Assembly: GCA_003635185.1 (NCBI GenBank)
Contig: PYJA01000069.1
Location: 1,027 to 65,026 of the forward strand
DNA length: 64,000 nucleotides
Reading direction: 5' to 3'
Origin: Candidatus Poribacteria bacterium
Lineage (GTDB): Bacteria; Poribacteria; WGA-4E; WGA-3G
Part shown: positions 48,281-58,764 of the stretch, one piece after another
How positions within the stretch are numbered: position 1 is the first letter of the stretch
Layout of the letters: each line of letters begins with the position of its first letter
The notes under the pieces: model-generated
What the model saw: only the letters and a program-made list of their open reading frames with translations
What the model was told of the DNA's origin: nothing
Databases searched by the model: none
Made by a program: the position numbers and the translations under genes

Positions 48281-50257
48281 CTATACACTCCTATCTGTTG
48301 CAGGTTCTGTTGTTTCAGTATCCTGGGCGGAATTGATAAGATGGCTTCTGATATCGGATTGATTATCTCTATCCCTATTTGTGATAAATGCACGGTTTGG
48401 TTCATAAGTAGGCACTAATTCTTGGAATTTCGCTATAATCCCATCTGTATCAAGCGCCTCAGCCAACTCGGAAAGTTCCTCAATTTGTGAGAGTAGTTGT
48501 TCCTCCTCAATGTTTACCATTTTCGCTACGAAGATACGTTGATGCTTAGTTGCTGTGACACCTTCTTGCGGCGTGAGTAGCTCTTCATAGAGTTTTTCAC
48601 CTGGCTCCAAACCAGTAAAGTCTATCTTAATGTCCTTATCAAGTTCTAAACCGGAGAGTCTAATCAGGTCACGTGCCAAGTCAAGTATTTTGATAGGGTC
48701 TCCCATATCCAACATCAGTATTTCGCCGCCATTTCCCATAGCCCCTGCTTGAATTAAAAGTTGGACTGCTTCTGGAATCGTCATGAAATAACGAGTTGCT
48801 TCGCGGTGTGTAACAGTGACGGGGCCGCCTTTGGCAATTTGTCGTTTGAAGTTTGGCAAAACGCTTGCTCGACTCCCGATGACATTACCGAATCGAACAG
48901 CAATAAATTTAGTACCGTTTCGATTTGCTTTACATTGGATAAGTTTTTCTGTTACCCGTTTGGAGGCACCGTAGACACTCGTTGGGTTGACGGATTTGTC
49001 GGAAGACACAAGGATAAACGCTTCAACTTTATGCTGAATCGCAGCATCAATAAGATTCTGCGTGCCAAGTATATTATTCTTTACTGCCTCATCTGGGTGA
49101 ATTTCCATGAATTTGACATGTTTGTGGGCAGCAGCATGAAAAATAATATGCGGACGATACCGCTTTGTAATCTGAAAAACTTTGGAATTATCTCGAATAT
49201 CACCAATAATTAATTCACGGTTGAGTTGCGGATCAGATTCACGCAGTTCCATATCAATATGATATAAACTATTTTCACCTCTGCCGAAAAGAATTAGCAA
49301 CTCAGGATTAAGTTTTGCTACTTGGCGGCAGAGTTCGGAACCGATAGAGCCGCCTGCTCCTGTCACCATCACCCGTCTCCCAGAAAGATATTTTGAGATT
49401 TCTGCTAAATCAACTGGCGCAGTGGAACGGTTAAGCAGGTCTTCCAATTTTACTTCACGGATGTGGTTAATACTGACTCTATTTTCAAGTATCGCATGTA
49501 TATTTGGAACGATCTTGAATTGGCATCGCCGATATTCACACTGTCGGATAATATCCCGAATTTTTCCACCTGGCGCTGATGGCATTGCGATAATAACTTC
49601 TTCAATTTCACGTTTACGGGCAATATAGGTAAGATCACGCGTAGTGCCTAACACTTCAAGTCCAGCAATACTTTTGTCAACTTTTAGCAGACTGTCATCA
49701 ATGAACCCAATAGGTAGGTACCCTTTTTCGGGATGGCTTCGTAATTCTCTTAAGACCCCAATACCAGCGGCACCAGCACCGACAATTAGGACTTTCGTTC
49801 GTGGCGATGCAACGTCTTTTGGTTTGCCTTCATGGAAAATACGATAGGAAAATTTGGCAAAACCGATTAACGACGCGTTGAAAAAACCGTCAATTAGAAA
49901 GAAGGTCCAAGTATCGAATAGCTTCAGGAATGCCGATAAGCAGATAAGGACTAAGCTTGAAATTCCAACAGCGGTTATTAAGGAACGAAATTCTTTTACA
50001 CCTGCGTATTGCCAAATAGGTTTATAAATTCGAAAGCATAAGAAGGTAATAATGCGTACTAATGTTACTACAACGGCAGCAATGCAAAACAAGAGTTGAG
50101 AAGACGAAATCTCTGAAAGAATCGGTATCTCATTAAATCGTGTTAAAAAATCAAAGTTAAGTTGTTTGCAAGTAAAATAAGTTAATAGGAATGCAAAATT
50201 AACAAGCAATATATCAATAACAATTGAAGAACTCCATTTTATTTTGGATTTTTCCAT
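48281..50257 (-). CDS. membrane-anchored nucleotide-sugar 4,6-dehydratase/epimerase (CapD/PglF/WbpM family)
   Basis: N-terminal TM segments, two Rossmann motifs (IVGAGAAG, VTGAGGSIGSEL) and the YGASK catalytic block. Confidence 0.9.
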   Translation of the reverse strand: MEKSKIKWSSSIVIDILLVNFAFLLTYFTCKQLNFDFLTRFNEIPILSEISSSQLLFCIAAVVVTLVRIITFLCFRIYKPIWQYAGVKEFRSLITAVGISSLVLICLSAFLKLFDTWTFFLIDGFFNASLIGFAKFSYRIFHEGKPKDVASPRTKVLIVGAGAAGIGVLRELRSHPEKGYLPIGFIDDSLLKVDKSIAGLEVLGTTRDLTYIARKREIEEVIIAMPSAPGGKIRDIIRQCEYRRCQFKIVPNIHAILENRVSINHIREVKLEDLLNRSTAPVDLAEISKYLSGRRVMVTGAGGSIGSELCRQVAKLNPELLILFGRGENSLYHIDMELRESDPQLNRELIIGDIRDNSKVFQITKRYRPHIIFHAAAHKHVKFMEIHPDEAVKNNILGTQNLIDAAIQHKVEAFILVSSDKSVNPTSVYGASKRVTEKLIQCKANRNGTKFIAVRFGNVIGSRASVLPNFKRQIAKGGPVTVTHREATRYFMTIPEAVQLLIQAGAMGNGGEILMLDMGDPIKILDLARDLIRLSGLELDKDIKIDFTGLEPGEKLYEELLTPQEGVTATKHQRIFVAKMVNIEEEQLLSQIEELSELAEALDTDGIIAKFQELVPTYEPNRAFITNRDRDNQSDIRSHLINSAQDTETTEPATDRSV

Positions 50258-50389
50258 ATTACCTCCTCTAATTGGGTGACTTCATAGTAGTCAACGGAAA
50301 AAATTATATTTTATAATGCCTTGAAACATCGTTTTAAGGTCGCGATGTCACTTTTAATCGGTATATTTTCATTGCATATATTCAACATA

Positions 50390-51184
50390 TCATATTTCTT
50401 TCTTAATGCGGGCTATGAGTTTTTCATTCTCTGTCTCTTCTGCTAAACTTAATGCTTTCTGAATATCTTGATTTGCCTCTGTAGCAAGCCCAACCTCCTT
50501 TTTGGCAAGACCTCTATTGAAATACGCAGCTGCATAATTCGGATTTAGACGAATAGCCTCGTTGAAGTCAGGGACAGCAGCTTTAGGATGATCGAGCCGT
50601 GCTTTAGCTACTCCTCTCTCGTTGTAAGCTTGGTGAGAGTTAGGCTCTAAGCGGATGACCATGTTTAAATCGGAAATAGCTTCAAAATGTTGTCCTATCT
50701 GTTTTTTGGCAAGAGCGCGATTGCTGTAGGCGTCTATAAACTCGGGTTCAAGGCGAATAGCTTCATCAAAGTCTGGGATAGCAGATTCAGGATGTCCAAG
50801 ATGCCCTTTTACCATTCCTCTGTTCTCATAGGCATCTGCGTTGCGAGGGGCTATACGGATTGCCTCGTCAAAGTCAGATATTGCCTCAAAATATCGCTCT
50901 AAAAGTGCTTTTGCGAGCCCTCGGTAATTGTAGGCATCTACGTTATTAGGGTCTATACGGATTGCTTCGTCAAGGTCAGATATTGCCTCAAAATATTCTC
51001 CTATTTTACTTTTTACGAGACCTCTGGTACAGTAAGCTTCTGCTAAAGTTGAGTCTATATGAATTGCCTCATCAAAGTTCGTGATCGCATCTCTATAATT
51101 CCCTTTTTCAAATAACTCTATACCTTTATTAATATATTTTTTGACAGATTTAGCAGCGCTTTTAGGAACATTATCTTTTTTCAT
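50390..51184 (-). CDS. TPR-repeat protein
   Basis: Six or seven near-identical 34-aa repeats of the form A..DFDEAIRL.P....AY.NRG. Confidence 0.85.
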   Translation of the reverse strand: MKKDNVPKSAAKSVKKYINKGIELFEKGNYRDAITNFDEAIHIDSTLAEAYCTRGLVKSKIGEYFEAISDLDEAIRIDPNNVDAYNYRGLAKALLERYFEAISDFDEAIRIAPRNADAYENRGMVKGHLGHPESAIPDFDEAIRLEPEFIDAYSNRALAKKQIGQHFEAISDLNMVIRLEPNSHQAYNERGVAKARLDHPKAAVPDFNEAIRLNPNYAAAYFNRGLAKKEVGLATEANQDIQKALSLAEETENEKLIARIKKEI

Positions 51185-51215
51185 CTAGCTATTCCTCTGG
51201 AAGATTGAAATCGGA

Positions 51216-51689
51216 TTACACAGTATTCATGTAATTATCATCACTTAAATAGTCTTTCTCGTCCGATTTGTTTTCACTTGCCACTTCAGAAACTACTTTG
51301 TCGTTGTTTCGCCAGAAAGGGACCTTTGATAAAATAAGAATTAAAAAATGAACGAATACAGGTGCCCCAATTGCTGTCAAAAACCAAAATAATTTATTGA
51401 AATCCGATTTTAGGACAGCTACCTCTTTGTTAAGTTTATTGAATTTTGTATCAAGTTCACCAAATTTAGTGTCAACATGGTCACGCATTTTCAACTCTAA
51501 TTCGTGCATTTGATCGCCAAATTTCGTTTCCAATTCGTGCATTGCTTTGAGCATATTCGTTTCTAATTCGTGTATTGCTTTGATAATTTTGTCAGTATCG
51601 GTCTGCTGAGCAATAGTGGCAGAAGGGACGAAAAAGATAAAGAGAATTCCGAAAACTTTTATGAGAGTTCTACGCGTATTCAACATCAT
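51216..51689 (-). CDS. hypothetical coiled-coil protein with signal/TM N-terminus and a C-proximal TM segment
   Basis: Repeated MHELE(T/L)K and DTKF motifs, and a hydrophobic stretch LFWFLTAIGAPVFVHFLILIL. Confidence 0.5.
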   Translation of the reverse strand: MMLNTRRTLIKVFGILFIFFVPSATIAQQTDTDKIIKAIHELETNMLKAMHELETKFGDQMHELELKMRDHVDTKFGELDTKFNKLNKEVAVLKSDFNKLFWFLTAIGAPVFVHFLILILSKVPFWRNNDKVVSEVASENKSDEKDYLSDDNYMNTV

Positions 51690-51772
51690 TATTTCATTTC
51701 CTGTTTGTAATAACCGAAATTATTTTACCATATAAGAAAAAAGTTGTCAAAAAATACTACGTTACTCCATAT

Positions 51773-53185
51773 CTACAACAAAGTCCTTTCTCCAAACGGT
51801 AATTTCGGCAAAACGTCGTTGAAATAGTCCTGAATCTCGTATATCTGCAGCGCTGGTGCTTCCATGTCAAAAAGCGGGTGTTCATAACTTCCTGCACGGG
51901 CTGCCTCTGTTCGCATACCACTGGAAGGCGGCGAGGTAACCACAAAAACGCCTAAATCCGCCTCCTCGTTCTGCATAGCGGTGCGGAAATCACGGATATG
52001 TCCGAGCGTATAATTTCCACCTTTCACCTGCGCGACAGCTTTTCCATATACCTGCTTACCTTTTACTCTACCGAGTGGAAACCTAAAAGTACCATCTATC
52101 CCGCCATCTGCCACTTTCTTTGTATTCGACTTGAATTTCAGCACGTGGGTGACGCACCATTCCTCAAAGCCCTTCGGGTCGGTGCGAGCGAGTGCTAACG
52201 CCTGATCCACATTCTCTGGTGTGCCAGCGATCGTGACGGTGTCCCGATGTTGTGGGAACAACCGCTCGAATTGTTGTTCGACTGCGCCGATCGCGAGATA
52301 GGTTAAGTCTATGCCGATCCAGTGTCTGTTTTGTTCTTCCGCTGCCATGAGCGTTGTGCCACAACCACAGAATGGGTCAAGGACAAGGTCACCTTCGTTT
52401 GATGAGGCGGCGATGATGCGTTTGTAGAGAGGGATAGGTTTTTGAGTAGGATAGCTAACACGTTCCTTGGCTTGTGAATTTAGATATGAAATCTCCCATA
52501 CGTCGCGCATCGCTTTTTCCCTACTTATATCACCTGTGTAAATTTGATCTATAGTACCGTCTGCATGCACAGTTGTTTTCCGTCTCCCTTTGTGTTTTGA
52601 CTTTTCACTATACGGTTCTGTTAATATATTAAATTTGCTTAACTTTCTGTCTTTTACATAGAACAGAAGAATGTCGTGCATCCTTTGAAAATGCTTTGTA
52701 GCACCTGTCCAACGGTGATATGACCACACAATTTCGTTCCTGAAATTCCGAGTGTCAAACACTGCATCCAAAATGATTTTGAGGTAATGGCTTGCTGTGG
52801 GATCGCAGTGTAGGTATAGACTGCCAGTCGACTTAAGTATCCGATGCATCTCAACAACTCTGATTGCCATCATGACAAGATATGCCATCATCGGCGTTTC
52901 GTTCAGGAATTTTCGTAGTCCTTCGATTGTATCACCTACTAATCCACCGACATCAACCATCAGCTCTCTGTATGCATCTTCCGCTGCGTCGCCCCATGCC
53001 CACGTATCAGTGAACGCTTGTACAAGCGTCTCGGGTTTGCGTCCATGTTCGTCTCGGTATGGAACAAAATAGTTTCGTTTAGAGTTGAAAGGTGGGTCGG
53101 TGGCGATGAGGTCAATGCATGCGTCTGGGAAGTTTCGCATCTCGGTGAGGTTATCGCCACGGATAAGGGTTCGGTTCTGGTGCAT
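51773..53185 (-). CDS. DNA methyltransferase (DPPF/N6-N4 type) fused to a C-terminal Mrr-like restriction-endonuclease-fold domain
   Basis: Motif IV IATDPPFNS, then YPTQKP, then motif I LVLDPFCGCGTT. The C-terminus VADGGIDGTF....AVAQVKGG....GVFVVTS matches the Mrr_cat pattern. Confidence 0.85.
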   Translation of the reverse strand: MHQNRTLIRGDNLTEMRNFPDACIDLIATDPPFNSKRNYFVPYRDEHGRKPETLVQAFTDTWAWGDAAEDAYRELMVDVGGLVGDTIEGLRKFLNETPMMAYLVMMAIRVVEMHRILKSTGSLYLHCDPTASHYLKIILDAVFDTRNFRNEIVWSYHRWTGATKHFQRMHDILLFYVKDRKLSKFNILTEPYSEKSKHKGRRKTTVHADGTIDQIYTGDISREKAMRDVWEISYLNSQAKERVSYPTQKPIPLYKRIIAASSNEGDLVLDPFCGCGTTLMAAEEQNRHWIGIDLTYLAIGAVEQQFERLFPQHRDTVTIAGTPENVDQALALARTDPKGFEEWCVTHVLKFKSNTKKVADGGIDGTFRFPLGRVKGKQVYGKAVAQVKGGNYTLGHIRDFRTAMQNEEADLGVFVVTSPPSSGMRTEAARAGSYEHPLFDMEAPALQIYEIQDYFNDVLPKLPFGERTLL

Positions 53186-53213
53186 GTGGAATTGCTCTCG
53201 TAATCAAGTTGGA

Positions 53214-53507
53214 CTATTCGTTAATCTTAAAAACCTTTTCAATTTTTAGCCAAGAATCCCATCCATACATTTCGGCAGCGGCTACAACTAATTCTTCAAG
53301 ATCCTTTGCATATTTATTAACAAATTCTTTCTCTAAATTAGCATCATGTCTAATATGCAATTTAATGCTTTTTTCGTCCGTGCCTGCTAAACAAAACGCA
53401 TGATAACTATTACCTTGCGGTTTTGGCAAAACAGAATTTACCACAACAGCTAACCACTCCAGACGGGTTGGTTTATATTCCTTTGCCCCCAATGCTTTCT
53501 TTGCCAT
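53214..53507 (-). CDS. hypothetical protein (97 aa)
   Basis: An ORF with a plausible SD (GAGGAGAGAAAC before the ATG), tightly packed between two genes on the same strand. I recognise no family. Confidence 0.45.
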   Translation of the reverse strand: MAKKALGAKEYKPTRLEWLAVVVNSVLPKPQGNSYHAFCLAGTDEKSIKLHIRHDANLEKEFVNKYAKDLEELVVAAAEMYGWDSWLKIEKVFKINE

Positions 53508-53519
53508 CGTTTCTCTCCT

Positions 53520-54092
53520 CTACTTGACGAATAGGGTGATTAGGGTTACTATTACACCAATAACAGCAGCACCAGCAGTAAGAAAAATACCTATAAACCA
53601 CTTCAAACTTGATTGTTGCTCTTTCATGTCACTCTTGAGGTCGGTTCTAACGTTTTGAACTTCACCTCTAACGTTTTGGATTTCACTTTTGAGGCTGCTT
53701 TCTACCTCTTGGATTTCACTTTTGAGGCTGCTTTCTACCTCTTGGATTTCACTTTTGAGGCTGCTTTCTACCTCTTGGATTTCGCCCTTAAGGTCAGTTT
53801 CTACCCTTTGAACGTCGTTTGTTAGATCATCTTTGACTTCCCTGATGTAGTCTGTGAGATCGGTTTTGACCTGATTGATGTAGTCTGTGAGATCGTCCTT
53901 AACCGTTTTAATGTCATCCTTGAGGTCACTTTTTACATCCTGAATCTGATTAGTTAAACGCCATTCAACAGGATCAATATCAATCTCTTTATCTATCTCT
54001 GGTACTTGCGTATTTAGTCCGCTCTGATATGTTTGAATTCCACTAATCTTTTCTTCAAAGTTTTTTGTGTTTTGATCTATAGATTCTAACAT
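53520..54092 (-). CDS. C-terminally membrane-anchored coiled-coil protein with 11-residue repeats (DUF1640-like)
   Basis: Repeats of type DLK.EIQEVESSLKS, with three perfect copies. The terminal LKWFIGIFLTAGAAVIGVIVTLITLF anchor resembles the DUF1640 C-terminus as I recall it. Confidence 0.55.
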   Translation of the reverse strand: MLESIDQNTKNFEEKISGIQTYQSGLNTQVPEIDKEIDIDPVEWRLTNQIQDVKSDLKDDIKTVKDDLTDYINQVKTDLTDYIREVKDDLTNDVQRVETDLKGEIQEVESSLKSEIQEVESSLKSEIQEVESSLKSEIQNVRGEVQNVRTDLKSDMKEQQSSLKWFIGIFLTAGAAVIGVIVTLITLFVK

Positions 54093-54143
54093 AACACACT
54101 CCTGCTGTAAATCCTGCTCAATCTCAAAATCAGTTCGGTTAAT

Positions 54144-55379
54144 TTAGATTTGCGCGTAAACTTGTTCCAGTCGTTCAACGAGTACAGGCCAATCATAGCT
54201 TGCTTCAACCCGTTTCCTACCAGCATCAGCCAGGTTTTGCCGAATATCAGGGTTTTCAATAAGGTGAATAACACGTTCAGCAAACATTTCAGGGGTATCG
54301 GCAATAAGAAGTTCCTTATTAACCTCCACTTCCATGCCCATCGCACCAATTGAAGTTGTAACAATAGGCGTTCCCATTGCCATTGCTTCTAAGTTCTTTG
54401 TTTGAATACCCGACCCTGCACGCAAGGGGGCAACAAAAATGGATGCATTCTCAAAATAAGGGCGAACATCTGGAACATAACCTGTAACAATAACCCCTTT
54501 TTGTGCAGCAAGCTTACGCACCTGCTCAGTCGGATGGTTACCCACAATAAAAAAAGTGGCATCCGGGTGCTGCTTCTGTATCAATGGAAATATGCTATCG
54601 CAGAAGTAGATGACCGCGTCTGTGTTTGGAAAATAGTTCATCGTTCCAGTAAAGAGCAAGTTTTTTTTCGGATTCCCTACTAAGTCCTCTTGAGCAGTGG
54701 GTGTAAGGTGATCTATTTCGGGAGCATCTTTTCCGTTAATACGGTGAGACTGGAAATATTTGAGATCAACGCCCATAGGAATGACCGATAAATTTAACGT
54801 CTCATCTTGGTTGAGCAGATAATCACGATCAAATTTCGCGACGACGGTGCCACGATCAAATGCCTTCATAATTTCAACTTCATAACGGCGGACTCGTTTT
54901 TCTTCCAATTTTACCAAAAAGCGTTTTGGGGTGCAATCCAATTCTGCGCGGCGGCTCAGGTTTAAGGCTAACGAGTCACATAAATCTAAGACTTTTGCTG
55001 TCCCTTGAGCATGTGTCACATATTGTCCCATCCGAAAGAGTTGTGCATGGATGAGTTCAAAATTATCCTCTGCAAGAAGTTGGTTAATTTTACGTTGCAT
55101 TCGTGGTGAGTACCAATAGTGTACCTGCAAAGGTAACCGTGAAAGGCAGTGGACCGCTGTATTAATACGCGCAAACGCGGGGCGAAATCGAACCCATTCC
55201 ACCCGCTCACAGAAAGTGTTTAGATGTTCAACTCCTTCAATGTCAGCATCTGACTCTGCAAAGAAGACAAGGGTAACATCATGCCGTTTGGAAAGTTGCT
55301 TGATAAAATTGTATGATCGAATGCGGTCACCCCGTTGTGGCGGATAAGGGGATCGCAAACTCAAAAATAGGATTCGCAT
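54144..55379 (-). CDS. family-4 (GT-B) glycosyltransferase
   Basis: C-terminal block PLRAGSGIQTKNLEAMAMGTPIVTT, and family-typical length. Confidence 0.85.
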   Translation of the reverse strand: MRILFLSLRSPYPPQRGDRIRSYNFIKQLSKRHDVTLVFFAESDADIEGVEHLNTFCERVEWVRFRPAFARINTAVHCLSRLPLQVHYWYSPRMQRKINQLLAEDNFELIHAQLFRMGQYVTHAQGTAKVLDLCDSLALNLSRRAELDCTPKRFLVKLEEKRVRRYEVEIMKAFDRGTVVAKFDRDYLLNQDETLNLSVIPMGVDLKYFQSHRINGKDAPEIDHLTPTAQEDLVGNPKKNLLFTGTMNYFPNTDAVIYFCDSIFPLIQKQHPDATFFIVGNHPTEQVRKLAAQKGVIVTGYVPDVRPYFENASIFVAPLRAGSGIQTKNLEAMAMGTPIVTTSIGAMGMEVEVNKELLIADTPEMFAERVIHLIENPDIRQNLADAGRKRVEASYDWPVLVERLEQVYAQI

Positions 55380-55418
55380 TTCGTGTTACGACTCATATCA
55401 AGCATTGGTTTGCCAATT

Positions 55419-55613
55419 TTATGTAGAAGGCAATTCTGCTTCATCAATTAACATGACCGGAATTCCGTCGCGAATCGGATAGCGACGTTTACATTCACCT
55501 TGACATACCAATTTTTGATCTGCTTCTATGTGTTCAATTTTGCCTTTACACGCGGGACATGCCAAAATATCAAGCAAAGTTTGCGATAGTGTATAAGGTT
55601 TTTCAGAATTCAA
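55419..55613 (-). CDS. Trm112/YcaR-family small zinc-ribbon protein
   Basis: LLDILACPACKG...L.C.....RYPIRDGIPVMLIDEA. Confidence 0.85.
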   Translation of the reverse strand: MNSEKPYTLSQTLLDILACPACKGKIEHIEADQKLVCQGECKRRYPIRDGIPVMLIDEAELPST

Positions 55614-55678
55614 AACAGTTCTCCTAAAATGTTAACGAATTGAGTGCAAGTTGTGCATTATCAATTTCTTTAGTATCC

Positions 55679-58372
55679 TTACTGCCCATGGCATCTCTTA
55701 TATTTTTTTCCACTACCGCATGGGCATGGAGCGTTTCGTCCGACTTTTGGCATATTTCCCATTGCCTGCTGTGAAGCAAATTCTGCTGAAGTTTGAGAAT
55801 TATTGTTTGCAGCTCGGCGTGGCGGTGTTCGGCGTGAACTTCCTGGTCTCCTGTTAGGTGTTCGGCGCGGTGCTTCAGTATTAACACGCGATTTGAAGAT
55901 AAATTCGCTTACCTCTTTCTCAATGTTTTGATACATAGATTCAAAGACACCGAGTGCCTCGCTTTTGAAAACGACAATTGGGTCTTTGCCGCCATAACCT
56001 GCGCCAAACCTGATGCCTTCTTCAATAAAGTCAATGTTGTAAAGATGGTCTTTCCAGTGGCTATCAATTCTATCTAATACAAGGAGTCGTTCAAGGAGAC
56101 GCATGGTCTCAGAACCCATTTCAGTTTCCCGTTGTTGATATGCAGTTTTGAGTTCTGTGATGATCTGTTCGTGAAGATCATCAGCGGATATTTCAGTTAG
56201 CGGTGTTTGCCAAGTGGGGTTAATCGGAAAAGTGGTAGTCAGCCATTTTGTGAACTGTTCAAGCTCCTCGGTTTCACGTGGGCCCTTTTCATGCATAATC
56301 ATATCAATTTCATCATCAACGACGTTCTCAATCATTTCCCATACAGTTTCTTTGGGGTCTTCATCTGAGAGAATGGTATCTCTCAGTGTATAAATGGTGT
56401 CGCGTTGCGCTTCCATAACATCATCAAATTTGAGTATATTTTTGCGAATATCAAAGTTCATCTGTTCAACACGCGTTTGTGCTTTTTCAATAGATTTTGT
56501 GACCCATGGATGTTCAAGTGGAATGCCTTCGTCCATGCCGGTTCGGTTCATAAACCCTTGCAAACGTTCGGAACCAAACTTTTTCATAAGATCATCTTCC
56601 AGTGATAGATAGAACCTTGATGAGCCAGGGTCGCCTTGTCTACCCGAGCGTCCGCGCAATTGGTTATCAATCCGTCTGGAATCGTGTCTTTCTGTACCAA
56701 CGATATGTAATCCACCGGCTTGCAGAATATGTGCCCGATTCTTTTCGCATATCTCTTCTGCTTCAGCGAGTGCGGTTTCCCATTCCTCAGAATCCAGCGG
56801 CAAAGCATTCAGATCAACTTTTTTCTTTCGGAGTGAATCCTTTGCCAAACCTTCAGGATTACCGCCAAGCAAAATATCAACACCCCTACCAGCCATGTTG
56901 GTGGCAATTGTTACGGATCCTGGCATTCCAGCTTGGGCAATGATGTCTGCTTCACGCGCATGCTCCTTTGCGTTCAAAACTTGATGTTTGATATTCCGAT
57001 GTCTGGCTCTCAACAACTTACTAAGTTTCTCAGAATTTTCAATAGATATTGTCCCTACAAGGACAGGACGCCCTTTTTCGTGCTGCTCCGCAATATCGTT
57101 TAGGACAGCGTTATATTTTGCCTCCTCGGTTGTGTAGATTTGGTCGGGATTATCAATCCGAATCATCGGTTCATTTGTAGGCACAACAACGACATCCAGA
57201 CCGTAGATATGTGCAAATTCGTTTGCTTCTGTAGCAGCTGTACCGGTCATCCCCGCAAGTTTCTCATACATTCGGAAATAGTTTTGATATGTAATTTTAG
57301 CAAAAGTTTCATTTTCCTGAGCGATTCGGACACGTTCTTTTGCTTCAATGGCTTGGTGGAGACCTTCACTGAGTCTGCGCCCAATCTGTTTTCTGCCTGT
57401 GAATTCGTCAATAAGTAACACTTCGCCATTTTCTACCAGATAGTGTATGTCGCGTTTGTAGAGGTGATGCGCGGTTAAAGATTGATTTACATGGTGAACC
57501 AGCATGATGTTGTTGTGATCATACAAATTCTCTAAACCGAGGCGGCGTTGTACTTCGTCAACGCCTTCGTCCGTTAGTGTGACGCTACCACGGGACTTGC
57601 CCTTTTGGTCGATTACATAGTGTTCTTCACTGCTCAACTGGGTGACAACACTGTTAATTTTCCGATAGAGTTCAGCAGGTTTGTTAGACGGATCAGAAAT
57701 AATGAGGGGTGTGCGCGCTTCATCAATAAGGATGCTATCAACTTCATCAAGAATGGCATAACGATGGCCACGTTGTACTTTTGTGTCAACGGTAAGTGCT
57801 CGGTTATCATTCAGATAATCAAACCCAAACTCGCTATGAACGCCGTAGGTGATATCGTTCTTATATGCGAGTTTTTTCTGTTCATGTGGCATTAGACTCA
57901 ATGTTAATCCGACAGACAAGCCGAGGAAGTTGTATATCTTTCCCATCCACTCTGCATCTCTGCGTGCCAAATAATCATTGACTGTTGCGAGGTGAACACC
58001 ATTTCCGGTGAGTGCGTTCAGATAAACAGCGAGGGTTGAAGTTAACGTTTTACCTTCCCCTGTTCTCATTTCAGCGATTGCACCTTGATGAAGTGCCGCG
58101 CCACCGATAATTTGAACATCGTAGTGTCGTTGTTTCAACGTCCGCACCGCTGTTTCTCGCACAATGGCAAAAGCCTCCGGTAATAGTTCGTCAAGGGATG
58201 CGCCAGCATCTAATTGTCTTCGGAACCACGGGGTTTTGGCTTGGAGTTGTGAGTCGGTGAGTCTTTTGATTTCGGGTTCACGCTGGTTAACCGCTTCAAC
58301 GATTTCGCGAAAACGTTTGACATCACGGTCTTCCTTGGTACCAAAAACTTTGTTCATTACTTTTTCAAACAT
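55679..58372 (-). CDS. secA: preprotein translocase ATPase SecA
   Basis: Full-length match to the SecA pattern: [36 protein letters not shown], and a C-terminal zinc motif [14 protein letters not shown]. Confidence 0.95.
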   Translation of the reverse strand: MFEKVMNKVFGTKEDRDVKRFREIVEAVNQREPEIKRLTDSQLQAKTPWFRRQLDAGASLDELLPEAFAIVRETAVRTLKQRHYDVQIIGGAALHQGAIAEMRTGEGKTLTSTLAVYLNALTGNGVHLATVNDYLARRDAEWMGKIYNFLGLSVGLTLSLMPHEQKKLAYKNDITYGVHSEFGFDYLNDNRALTVDTKVQRGHRYAILDEVDSILIDEARTPLIISDPSNKPAELYRKINSVVTQLSSEEHYVIDQKGKSRGSVTLTDEGVDEVQRRLGLENLYDHNNIMLVHHVNQSLTAHHLYKRDIHYLVENGEVLLIDEFTGRKQIGRRLSEGLHQAIEAKERVRIAQENETFAKITYQNYFRMYEKLAGMTGTAATEANEFAHIYGLDVVVVPTNEPMIRIDNPDQIYTTEEAKYNAVLNDIAEQHEKGRPVLVGTISIENSEKLSKLLRARHRNIKHQVLNAKEHAREADIIAQAGMPGSVTIATNMAGRGVDILLGGNPEGLAKDSLRKKKVDLNALPLDSEEWETALAEAEEICEKNRAHILQAGGLHIVGTERHDSRRIDNQLRGRSGRQGDPGSSRFYLSLEDDLMKKFGSERLQGFMNRTGMDEGIPLEHPWVTKSIEKAQTRVEQMNFDIRKNILKFDDVMEAQRDTIYTLRDTILSDEDPKETVWEMIENVVDDEIDMIMHEKGPRETEELEQFTKWLTTTFPINPTWQTPLTEISADDLHEQIITELKTAYQQRETEMGSETMRLLERLLVLDRIDSHWKDHLYNIDFIEEGIRFGAGYGGKDPIVVFKSEALGVFESMYQNIEKEVSEFIFKSRVNTEAPRRTPNRRPGSSRRTPPRRAANNNSQTSAEFASQQAMGNMPKVGRNAPCPCGSGKKYKRCHGQ

Positions 58373-58469
58373 AATTTTCTTTGCACTCCATCAAACATTC
58401 TCGTTCTAACAGCACCTTGTTTTGTATAGTAAAGCATGTAATTATTTGGACATTTGTAGCACAAACTGT

Positions 58470-58630
58470 ATGAAGTTTAAGTTATTAATTCGGTAATTGG
58501 CAAGGTTAGGAAGAAATCAACGGTATGAATGCCATTTAGGCATTCCCCGCCTTGCCAGCAGCAGGTTTACATCTCTGCTGGCAAGGTTTCCTAACCTCGC
58601 CACATTACCCAATTTATTTTTAATCTTCAT
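58470..58630. mobile_element. 161-bp MITE, copy 1
   Basis: Nearly identical to 60301-60462. Terminal inverted repeats are atgaagtttaagttattaattcggtaatt / aattacccaatttattttt..tcttcat. There is an internal hairpin, ccagcag...ctgctgg. Confidence 0.85.
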
Positions 58631-58764
58631 TTAGTTTGTGCAGATGCGGACACAAACTAACAGTTTGATGCTCAACACCCCTGGTAGGTTCGGTTTCCTA
58701 ACCGAACCGAACATAATGTCCAATTAATTCTAAAGCCTACTATATTCTAACCCAAGCTGTTAAA

